64,000 bases of DNA from a bacterium. Lineage in GTDB: Bacteria > JADJOY01. The stretch is taken from assembly GCA_046331705.1 (NCBI GenBank), contig JAXLQJ010000030.1, forward strand, positions 1 to 64,000, given 5' to 3'. Position numbers and translations under genes: made by a program. The notes below the pieces were generated by a model, which had not been told where the DNA came from, did no database searches, and worked only from the letters and a program-made list of their open reading frames with translations. Shown here piece by piece: positions 38,240 through 46,765 of the stretch (position 1 is its first letter; the number at the start of each line of letters is the position of its first letter).

Positions 38240-39642
38240 GCGCCGCTTGGCCATCCGGGTCCACCCGCTCCGCCGAACGGGCGAACGGCTCTCCCCGCGA
38301 CCGCGAGCGCACGGCGGCGGGAAGCGCGAAGCCCACCGCCGCGATCGGTCCACGCCGATCGCCGGGCGCTCCCTCGGGCAGCAGCACTGCCGCAGCGAGG
38401 TCGATCCGCGGCAAGCTCGGCGCCGCGGCTTGCGCGCTGCTCGCGTCGGCGGCGCCGCGCGGCGCTCCCGCCGCCGAGCCGGCGGCGACCAACCAGGTGG
38501 ATCTGACGAGCCTGATCTACGGTGAGGCGCAACGCGTCACGGTGGTCGAGCCCAACGCACGATTCACGCGTCTTTACCCCGATGGGGAGTCGCTCTACGG
38601 CGAGGTCGGCCTCGACGTCATCACCGGTGCATCGCCGAGCGGTGCGGTGCCCACGGGCAAGGTGCAGACCATCACGACCGCCTCGGGCCGCGTCGTCACC
38701 CGGGCCGCGAGCGAGATCCCGACCAGCCCGTTCTCGGACACGCGGGTCGCGGTGGACGGCGGCTGGGTGAAGCCGTTCTGGCTGCTGACGCCCACCCTGA
38801 CCGTCCACTTCTCGCGCGAGAAGGACTACCAATCGCTGGGCGCCACTGGGAAGCTCTCGTTCGATCTTCCCGATCGCTTGACCACGCTGACGGGGGGCGG
38901 CGGCTACAACCAGGACGAGGTCTTCCCGAGCGGTGGGATCACGCTCGGCCTCGCCGATCCGACCCTGCCCGAGACGAGCCTCGGGAAGAGCCGCTCGAAG
39001 CGCGTCGTCAACGGCATCGCGGGCGTATCGCGCGTGCTCACGCGCCGCTGGCTGGTGGGTGTGACGGGCTCGTACACCTCCGAGCAGGGCTATCTCACCG
39101 AGCCCTACAAGGTCCTGAGCCTGGTCGATCCCCTCACGGGTCTGCCCACGGCGGAGCGCACCGAGAGCCGTCCCACCTCACGCTCGCGCTTCAGCGTGCT
39201 GGGCAGCTCCGTCTATCACTTCGACGAGGACGTGCTTCACCTCTCGTATCGCTACTACGGCGACGATTGGAGCATTCGCTCCCACACCGTCGACCTCGCG
39301 TACCGCGCGGAGCTGGGTGGATCGGTCTATCTGGAGCCCCATCTGCGCTATTACACCCAGAGCGCCGCGAGCTTCTTCCGGTTCGGCTTGGTGGACGGCG
39401 AGCCGCTGCCGGAGTTCGCCACCAGCGATTACCGCGTGGGGCCGCTCGACTCGGTCACGGTCGGAGCCACGCTCGGATTCCGCGTGCCGCACCTCGCCGG
39501 CGAGTGGAGCGCCCGCGCCGAGTATCTCGGCCAGTTCCCGGACGGGCATCCAGCGGATGCCATCGGCATCGAGCGCACCTACGACCTCTACCCGGTCATG
39601 AACATCGGCTCGCTGGTGCTCACCTACGAGATCAAGTTCTGA
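38230..39642 (+). CDS. DUF3570 outer-membrane protein with flavinylation motif
   Basis: DVITGASPSG, SREKDYQS, GYLTEPY, YRYYGDDWSIRSHT, RYYTQSAA, C-terminal F. Confidence 0.85.
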   Translation: MQLSAAWPSGSTRSAERANGSPRDRERTAAGSAKPTAAIGPRRSPGAPSGSSTAAARSIRGKLGAAACALLASAAPRGAPAAEPAATNQVDLTSLIYGEAQRVTVVEPNARFTRLYPDGESLYGEVGLDVITGASPSGAVPTGKVQTITTASGRVVTRAASEIPTSPFSDTRVAVDGGWVKPFWLLTPTLTVHFSREKDYQSLGATGKLSFDLPDRLTTLTGGGGYNQDEVFPSGGITLGLADPTLPETSLGKSRSKRVVNGIAGVSRVLTRRWLVGVTGSYTSEQGYLTEPYKVLSLVDPLTGLPTAERTESRPTSRSRFSVLGSSVYHFDEDVLHLSYRYYGDDWSIRSHTVDLAYRAELGGSVYLEPHLRYYTQSAASFFRFGLVDGEPLPEFATSDYRVGPLDSVTVGATLGFRVPHLAGEWSARAEYLGQFPDGHPADAIGIERTYDLYPVMNIGSLVLTYEIKF

Positions 39643-39685
39643 CGCGCGTCGGCGCCGCCACGGCGCCGGGCGCGGCGCACGCCGC

Positions 39686-40564
39686 ATGGAGCTGGTTCGG
39701 GTCGACGACTACTTCGTCGGGCGCTTCTCCGCCATGGCGAGCCCGTGCGAGGTGCTGGTCGACTCGGAGAACGCACGTCACGCACGCACGGCGCTGCGGA
39801 TCGCGGCGAGCGAAGCGCGCCGGGTCGAGCGCAAGTTCAGCCGATACCGCAGCGATGGCGTGGTCCACCGCATCAACCACGCGGGCGGCAAGCCGGTACG
39901 CGTCGACGCGGAAACCGCGCAACTGCTCGACTACGCCGCGAGCTGCCACGAGCTCTCGGAGGGACGCTTCGACATCACCTCGGGAGCGCTGCGCCGCGTG
40001 TGGACGTTCGACGGCGGCGAGCGCGTCCCGAGCGCGCAGGCCATCCAGGAGGTGCTCCGCCACGTCGGCTGGCACCGCGTCGGCTGGCACAACCCCGTCC
40101 TCACGATGCCGGCGGGAATGGAGATCGACCTGGGCGGGATTGGCAAGGAGTACGCCGTGGATCGCGCGGCCGCGCGGATCGCCGCCGAGATCGACGACGC
40201 ATTCCTGGTGAATTTCGGCGGCGATCTCTTCGCCAGCGCGCCGCGGCGCGGTGACGAGCCGTGGCGAATCGGCGTGGACGATCCGAAACGTCCCGGGGAA
40301 GGCGTGCTCTATCGCATCGCGCTCGCGCGCGGTGGACTCGCCACCAGCGGGGACGCGCGCCGCTACGTGCTCGTGAACGGACGCCGGCTCGGGCACATCC
40401 TCGATCCCACCACCGGCTGGCCCGTCGAGGGGGCGCCGCGCTCGGTGAGCGTCGTCGCGGATACCTGTGTCGAGGCCGGAACCCTCGCCACGCTCGCGTA
40501 TCTGCGCGGTCCCGGCGCCCGCGCGTTCCTGGAAGCGCAGGGCGTGGTGTTCCAGCTCGTCTGA
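39686..40564 (+). CDS. apbE: FAD:protein FMN transferase
   Basis: FSRY, FDITSG, IDLGGIGKEYAVD, NFGGD, ATSG, HILDPTTGWP. Confidence 0.92.
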   Translation: MELVRVDDYFVGRFSAMASPCEVLVDSENARHARTALRIAASEARRVERKFSRYRSDGVVHRINHAGGKPVRVDAETAQLLDYAASCHELSEGRFDITSGALRRVWTFDGGERVPSAQAIQEVLRHVGWHRVGWHNPVLTMPAGMEIDLGGIGKEYAVDRAAARIAAEIDDAFLVNFGGDLFASAPRRGDEPWRIGVDDPKRPGEGVLYRIALARGGLATSGDARRYVLVNGRRLGHILDPTTGWPVEGAPRSVSVVADTCVEAGTLATLAYLRGPGARAFLEAQGVVFQLV

Positions 40565-40707
40565 GCGTGACGCCGGCCTCCCCGTGCGGGCGCGCGCGGC
40601 GCGGCCGATCGCCCGTGGATCACCCAAGGCACCAGGCGGTGCGCGCGCTAGGATTCACCTCCGCCCGCCACGGGCCGCGTCACGGCGCGGCCGTCGAGGA
40701 GAGGCTC

Positions 40708-42513
40708 ATGAGCGCAGCGAATCCCCGGTCGTTGGTCGAGCTCCAGGAAGAGGCCTGCCGCACCCATGCGGAGCGGCCGCTGTTCGGAACCAAGGTCGGC
40801 ACCGAGTATCAGTGGACCAGCTACCGGAAGTTCGCCGAGCGAGTCGACGCCTTCCGCGCGGCGCTGGCGGCGCTGGGCGTGGGGCGCGACAGCAAGGTCG
40901 CCGTGATCTCCGACAACCGCGTCGAGTGGGCGATCGGCGCGTACGCCACCTACGGGCTCGGCGCTCAGTACGTGCCGATGTACGAGGCGCAGGATCCCAA
41001 GGACTGGGCGTACATCGTGCGCGACTCGGGAGCGTGCGTGCTGCTGCTCGGCGATCCACGGCTGCGTGAGCTGACCGCTCACCTGCCCGCGGAGATCCCG
41101 ACGTTGCGTCACCGGATCTGCTTCGGCGCACCGCCGGATTGCGAGGACTCGTTCCACAAGCACCTCGACATCGGCGCGCGCCATCCGGTGCCGACGGCGT
41201 CGCTCTCGCCCGCACACACCGCGGGCCTGATCTACACGTCCGGCACCACCGGCGAGCCCAAAGGGGTGATGCTGAGCCACGGCGGCATCCTCTCCAACGT
41301 GCTCGCGGTGCGTGAGCTCTTCCCGATCTCGCCCTCCGACCAGAGCCTCAGCTTCCTGCCCTGGGCGCACGCCTTCGGCCAAGTGGCCGAGCTGCACACG
41401 CTCATCGCCTTCGGCGCCTCGATGGCGCTGGCGCCCGACGTGAAGACGCTGATGGACGAGTTCGCGGTGGTGCGGCCCACGGTATTCGTGTCGGTGCCGC
41501 GAATCTTCATCCGCATCCACGACGGCTTGCAGGCGCGCGTGTCCCAGGAAAACGCGCTCAAGCAATGGATCTTCCGCGAGGGCATGGCGCTCGCCCGAGC
41601 GCGCCGGCGGATGCTCGAGGATCGGAGCCCGAGCCAGCTTCTCGAGGTGCTCTACCGGATCTTCGATCGCATCGTGTGCCGCACGGTGCGCGCCAAGCTC
41701 GGCGGACGACTGCGCTTCGCGATCTCGGGCGGCGCGGCGCTGGCGGACGAGATCGCCGCGTTCATCAGCGATCTGGGGATCACCGTGTATCAGGGCTACG
41801 GGCTCACCGAGACGTCGCCGGTGGCCGCGGCCAATCGTCCCGGCGCCTCCCGGCTCGGCACCAGCGGTCAGGCGCTCCCGGGAGTCTCGATTCGCATCCT
41901 CGACGAGAGCGGTCGCGCCCTCCCACCGGAGGTCGAGGGCGAGGTCGTGGTGAGCGGTCCCAACCTGATGCAGGGCTACTACCAGCGACCGACCGAGACC
42001 GCCGAGGTCATCTTCGATCTCGACGGCGAGCGCACCTTGCGAACCGGCGACTCGGGCGTGCTCGACCGCGAGGGCTACCTGCGGATCACCGGGCGGCTCA
42101 AGGAGCAGTACAAGCTCGAGAACGGCAAGTTCGTGGCGCCGGCGCCGCTCGAGGAGCAGCTCGCCCTCAGCCCGTTCGTCGACCAGGTCGTGCTCTACGG
42201 AGCCAACAAGCCGTACAACGTGGCGCTCGTGGTGCCGAGCTTCGAGACGCTCGCGCGGTGGGCCGCCGCCGAGGGCATCGCTGCCGCCACTGCGGAATCC
42301 TTGCTCGCGGAGCCGCGCGTCCACGCCAAGATCGGCGAAGAGCTCACCAAGTACGCGGGCAGCGCCAAGGCCTACGAGCGGCCGAAGCGCTGGCTCTTGC
42401 TGCGCGACGCCATGACCACCGAGAACGGCCAGCTCACCCCGACGCTCAAGCCCAAGCGGCGCGTGATCTTCGCCCACTACGAGCGCGAGATCGCCGCCGT
42501 CTACGCGGGCTGA
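40708..42513 (+). CDS. Long-chain fatty acid-CoA ligase
   Basis: YTSGTTGEPKGVMLSH, GYGLTETSP, TGD, ENGKFVAP, LTPTLK. Confidence 0.92.
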   Translation: MSAANPRSLVELQEEACRTHAERPLFGTKVGTEYQWTSYRKFAERVDAFRAALAALGVGRDSKVAVISDNRVEWAIGAYATYGLGAQYVPMYEAQDPKDWAYIVRDSGACVLLLGDPRLRELTAHLPAEIPTLRHRICFGAPPDCEDSFHKHLDIGARHPVPTASLSPAHTAGLIYTSGTTGEPKGVMLSHGGILSNVLAVRELFPISPSDQSLSFLPWAHAFGQVAELHTLIAFGASMALAPDVKTLMDEFAVVRPTVFVSVPRIFIRIHDGLQARVSQENALKQWIFREGMALARARRRMLEDRSPSQLLEVLYRIFDRIVCRTVRAKLGGRLRFAISGGAALADEIAAFISDLGITVYQGYGLTETSPVAAANRPGASRLGTSGQALPGVSIRILDESGRALPPEVEGEVVVSGPNLMQGYYQRPTETAEVIFDLDGERTLRTGDSGVLDREGYLRITGRLKEQYKLENGKFVAPAPLEEQLALSPFVDQVVLYGANKPYNVALVVPSFETLARWAAAEGIAAATAESLLAEPRVHAKIGEELTKYAGSAKAYERPKRWLLLRDAMTTENGQLTPTLKPKRRVIFAHYEREIAAVYAG

Positions 42514-42550
42514 GTCGGGACGCGCTCTCGCGCGCGTCGATCCGACGAAT

Positions 42551-42599
42551 TTGCTCTTTTTCACGAGCTAGCGTAAGTTTTTGACGAATCGTCAAAAAC
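42551..42599 (+). promoter_or_regulatory. Sigma70-like promoter overlapped by a perfect 23-bp palindromic operator
   Basis: TTGCTC-N17-TAAGTT; GTTTTTGACGA-A-TCGTCAAAAAC at 42577-42599. Confidence 0.7.
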
Positions 42600-42672
42600 G
42601 AGCTGGCCCGACCGGCGTTCGCCAACCCGCCGCGAACGCACGTCGCGCGAGCAACCAGCCACGAGGGAGCCC

Positions 42673-43803
42673 ATGCGGAACTACCGATTGATCGACGCGG
42701 ACTGCCACACCCTCGAGCCGAAGCACATCTGGACCACGTACCTGCCCAAGAAATTCCACGAGCGCGCTCCCAAGCTCGTGAAGGACGCCGAGGGCGGAGA
42801 CGCCTGGCAGTTCCGCCCCGACACCCCGCCGATGACCATCGGCCTGGTGACCACACCGGGACGCAGCTACGACGAGATCAAGTGGACGGGCTACACGTAC
42901 GAGACGATCCGGGCCTCGTGCTTCGACGGCAAGGCGCGGCTCGCCGACATGGACATCGACGGCGTCGACGCCGAGTTCATGTACCCGAGCCAGCGCACCA
43001 TGTGGAGCTTCATGGCGGACCCCGACCCCGAGTACCACCTGGCCGGCGTCCACGCCTACAACGACTGGGTGCACGACGAGTTCTGCGCCGCCGACCGCGA
43101 GCGTCTCTTCGCCCTCGCCCAGATGCCGAACATCGGCGTCGACGCCGCCATCGCCGAGATGAAGCGCGGCAAGGAAAAGGGAATGTGCGGCGTGATCATC
43201 TCCGCATGGCCGGGCGGCGGGGACGATCTGTGCGCCGCCGACGACAAGTTCTTCGCGGCCGCGCAAGAGATGGGCATGCCGATCGCGATCCACGTGAACA
43301 TCCGCCGCAAGCGCGCGCCGGTCACCGGGCTCGACGGTCCGGCGGCGATCGCCCGCATGGCGCTGGCCGGCATGATGCAGTTCCCGCCCTCGATGTGCGA
43401 CCTCATCATGAGCGGCGTCTTCGATCGCTTCCCCAAGCTCACGGTCCTCGGCGTCGAGGTGGACGTGGGCTGGATCCCGGTGGCCCTCGAGCAGCTCGAC
43501 AACTTCTACTGGCGCAACCGCGCCCACACCGGCGTCACCATCAAGCGCTTGCCCAGCGACTACTTCCACGAGCACTTCATCTGCACCTTCCTCAAGGATC
43601 GCCACGGCATCGCCAACCGCTACGAGATCGGCGTGCGCAACATGGCGTGGTCCACCGACTTCCCGCACCACGGCAACGACTGGCCCTACAGCCGCAAGGT
43701 CGCCGGCGAGATGTTCCAGGGCGTGCCCAAGGACGAGATCGACATGATCTGCGCCGGCAACATGATCCGCGCGTTCAATCTTCCCCACGATCCCAAGGCG
43801 TGA
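42673..43803 (+). CDS. Amidohydrolase_2 family protein
   Basis: IDADCH, DMDIDGVDA, YNDW, GVFDRFP, WSTDFPH. Confidence 0.9.
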   Translation: MRNYRLIDADCHTLEPKHIWTTYLPKKFHERAPKLVKDAEGGDAWQFRPDTPPMTIGLVTTPGRSYDEIKWTGYTYETIRASCFDGKARLADMDIDGVDAEFMYPSQRTMWSFMADPDPEYHLAGVHAYNDWVHDEFCAADRERLFALAQMPNIGVDAAIAEMKRGKEKGMCGVIISAWPGGGDDLCAADDKFFAAAQEMGMPIAIHVNIRRKRAPVTGLDGPAAIARMALAGMMQFPPSMCDLIMSGVFDRFPKLTVLGVEVDVGWIPVALEQLDNFYWRNRAHTGVTIKRLPSDYFHEHFICTFLKDRHGIANRYEIGVRNMAWSTDFPHHGNDWPYSRKVAGEMFQGVPKDEIDMICAGNMIRAFNLPHDPKA

Positions 43804-43816
43804 GCCGGGCGCCGCG

Positions 43817-45001
43817 ATGAGCGCGATCCCGTTCGACACCTCCGACGTCGACCGCTGGGTGGGAGTTCCGCTCGGCGGTCGCACGCTCCGCGATCCGATC
43901 CACGTCAACGACGTGCGGCGCTGGTCGCAGGGCATGCAGAACCCCAACCCGCTCTACTTCGACGAGGACTTCGCCGCCGAGAGCCGCTTCGGGCAGCTCG
44001 TGGCGCCGCAATCGTTCGCGGTGTGCACCGACGACAGCCACGGCGCCGCGCCCGCGATCCAGGGCTCGATCCCCGGCTCGCACATGCTCTTCGGCGGCGA
44101 CGAGTGGTGGTTCTTCGGGCCGCGCATCGTGCCCGGCGATCGCATCACCCGCGACCGCATGCTCTTCGACTACAAGGTGCGCGAGACGCGCTTCGCCGGG
44201 CCGACGATGTTCGCGCGCGGCGACACCACCTACATCAACCAGCGCGGCGAGGTCGTCGCCAAGCAGCGCTCGACCTCCATCCGCTACCTCGCCGACGAGG
44301 CGCAGCGCCGTCGCGCCAGCGCGGACGCTGCATCCGCTGCCGCGGCGCCCGAGTGGAGCGACGCGGAGCTGGCGGCGATCGAGAAGCGCAAGCTCGACTA
44401 CTACCGCACCTTCATCGACCTCGGCCATCTGCGGCGCGTGGACGTCGTCGTGGGCGAACGGCTTCCGCAGCGCGTGGTCGGGCCCCACTCCATCGCGAGC
44501 TTCACCAGCGAGTGGCGCGCGTTCCTGCAAAATCTCTGGGGGGCCTTCCGCATCGATCCAGGGCCCACCTCGCTGCGCCAGGCGGGCTGGCTCACCGAGA
44601 TGGACCGGGACGTGGACAAGGCGAAGATCGACCCCACGCAGACCGACGGGCTCTACTACGGCCCCTCGCGCGGTCACGTGAACGACCGCTACGCGCAGCG
44701 CATCGGCATGCCGCGCGCGTACGGCTATGGTGCCTCGATGGGCTCGTGGATCCTCGACTACCTCGCCAACTGGGTGGGCGAATGGGGCGAGATCACGCAC
44801 GCGAAGCTCGCCTACAAGGCGCCAGCGCTCTCCGGCGACCTCACGATCCTCGACGCCACCGTCACCGCGCTCGGCATCGATCCGCCCACGGGTCAACCGC
44901 TCGCCACGCTGGAGGTGCGCATGAAGAACCAGCGTGACGAGTCGATGGCCGAGGGCACCGCCGAGGTGAGGCTGCCGACGGAGCGGCTTCCGTCGCGCTG
45001 A
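43817..45001 (+). CDS. Double hotdog (MaoC/FAS1-like dehydratase) protein
   Basis: NPNPLYFDEDFA..FGQLVAP, GGDEWWF, GHV..YAQRIGMPRAYGYG. Confidence 0.8.
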   Translation: MSAIPFDTSDVDRWVGVPLGGRTLRDPIHVNDVRRWSQGMQNPNPLYFDEDFAAESRFGQLVAPQSFAVCTDDSHGAAPAIQGSIPGSHMLFGGDEWWFFGPRIVPGDRITRDRMLFDYKVRETRFAGPTMFARGDTTYINQRGEVVAKQRSTSIRYLADEAQRRRASADAASAAAAPEWSDAELAAIEKRKLDYYRTFIDLGHLRRVDVVVGERLPQRVVGPHSIASFTSEWRAFLQNLWGAFRIDPGPTSLRQAGWLTEMDRDVDKAKIDPTQTDGLYYGPSRGHVNDRYAQRIGMPRAYGYGASMGSWILDYLANWVGEWGEITHAKLAYKAPALSGDLTILDATVTALGIDPPTGQPLATLEVRMKNQRDESMAEGTAEVRLPTERLPSR

Positions 45002-45012
45002 TCGGTCGCGCC

Positions 45013-46695
45013 GTGGCTGACTCGCCCGGTCTGGCGCTGCAACCCGACCCGCGCCGCTACGCCCTGCCTGCGTTTCTCGACGACGTGGCGCAGCGCCACG
45101 CGGGACGCGTCGCGCTGCGCTTCGAGGATCGGACCATCGCCTTCGACGAGCTGCGCGCCCGAGCGCGAGCGCTCGCCCGCGGGCTGCTCGCCGCGGGGGT
45201 CGTGAAGGGAACGCGGGTCGGATTGCTCGCGGCCAACCGCCCCGAGTGGGTGGTCGCCGCCTTCGCCACGGCGCTCGCGGGTGGCGTGCTGGTCCCGATC
45301 TCCACCTTCGCCACCGCGGCGGAGCGCGAGCACTTGATGCGCCACGGCGACGTCGCGGTGCTGCTTCTCGAGCCGGCGTTGCTCAAGCATCGCTACCTGG
45401 ACGATCTCCTCGGCGCCCACCCGGAGATCGCCAGCGGCGCGCCCGGCGCGATCCGCTGCCCGGCGCTTCCCTTCCTGCGCCGGGTGGTGGCGCTCGGCGT
45501 GGATGCGCCCGTGGGTGGCGTCGAGCGCTGGGACGACGTGGTCGCGTCCGGCGCGGGCGTCCCCGAGACGCTCCTCGACGCCGCGGCGCGCGAGGTCGCG
45601 CCCGGCGACGAGGCCATGATCGTCTACACCTCCGGTTCGACCGCCGAGCCGAAGGGCGTCGTACATGCCCACCGCGCGGCCGTGATCCAGAGCTGGCGCT
45701 TCGCCGAGATCCTCGACCTCGCTCCCCACGACGTGGTGTGGACCGCGTACCCGCTCTTCTGGACCGCCGGGTTCGCCATGTCGCTGGGTGCCTCGCTCGC
45801 CGCGGGCTCGACGCTGCTCCTCGAGGAGACCTTCGACGCGCCGCTGGCGCTCGCGCGAATCGAAGAGACGCGCGCCACCGTCGTGCACGCCTGGCCACAC
45901 CAGGAGAAAGCGCTCGCCGAGCACCCCAGCGCCCGCCATCGCGACCTGCGCTCGTTGCGCCAGGTGAACTTCGGTTCGCCGCTCGCGCCGCTCGCGGGCA
46001 TCCGCGAGGATCGCTGGGGCCGCGCGGCGACCTACGGCCTCACCGAGACCTTCACGCTGGTCGCGGCGATCCCGGCGACCGCTCCCGTGGACGAACGTCG
46101 CGGCAATCACGGCCGGGTTCTCCCCGGCACCGAGGTCCGCATCGTGGATCCCACGAGCGGCTCGCCGCTGGCCGCCGGCGAAACCGGCGAGATCTGGGTG
46201 CGCGGCGCGACCTTGATGCTCGGCTATCACAAGCAGCCGCGCGAGGCCGCGTTCGACGCGGACGGCTTCTTCCACACCGGCGATGGCGGCTCGCTCGACG
46301 CCGACGGCAAGCTGCACTGGAACGGCCGGCTCACCGGCCTCATCAAGACCGGCGGCGCCAACGTCTCGCCCGTGGAGATCGAGAACCAGCTGCGCTCGTT
46401 CCCGGGATTGCGCGGCGCGCTGGCCGTGGGCGTCGCGCACCGAAGCCTGGGCGAGATCGTGGTCTTGTGCGCGCTCGTCGAGCCGGGTGTCACGCCGCCC
46501 ACCGAAGACGAGATTCGCGGCTTCCTTCGCGCGCGCCTGGCGTCGTACAAAGTGCCGCGACGTGTGCTCTTCTTCGACGTCGACGAGGTGGCGATGACCG
46601 GGACCCAGAAGATCCAAGCGGCGCCGCTGCGCGAAGCGGCGCTGGCGCGGCTGCGGGCCGAGCGAGCCGTGATCGACGGCGAGGCCTACGCGTGA
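45013..46695 (+). CDS. Acyl-CoA synthetase (class I adenylate-forming)
   Basis: YTSGSTAEPKG, YGLTET, FFHTGD, IKTGGANVSP. Confidence 0.9.
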   Translation: MADSPGLALQPDPRRYALPAFLDDVAQRHAGRVALRFEDRTIAFDELRARARALARGLLAAGVVKGTRVGLLAANRPEWVVAAFATALAGGVLVPISTFATAAEREHLMRHGDVAVLLLEPALLKHRYLDDLLGAHPEIASGAPGAIRCPALPFLRRVVALGVDAPVGGVERWDDVVASGAGVPETLLDAAAREVAPGDEAMIVYTSGSTAEPKGVVHAHRAAVIQSWRFAEILDLAPHDVVWTAYPLFWTAGFAMSLGASLAAGSTLLLEETFDAPLALARIEETRATVVHAWPHQEKALAEHPSARHRDLRSLRQVNFGSPLAPLAGIREDRWGRAATYGLTETFTLVAAIPATAPVDERRGNHGRVLPGTEVRIVDPTSGSPLAAGETGEIWVRGATLMLGYHKQPREAAFDADGFFHTGDGGSLDADGKLHWNGRLTGLIKTGGANVSPVEIENQLRSFPGLRGALAVGVAHRSLGEIVVLCALVEPGVTPPTEDEIRGFLRARLASYKVPRRVLFFDVDEVAMTGTQKIQAAPLREAALARLRAERAVIDGEAYA

Positions 46696-46765
46696 GCGGC
46701 GCCTCGGCAGCGCTGGGCACGGCCCGCGGGCTGAACGGTTCCGTTCGACCGCCCAGGACGACTCG

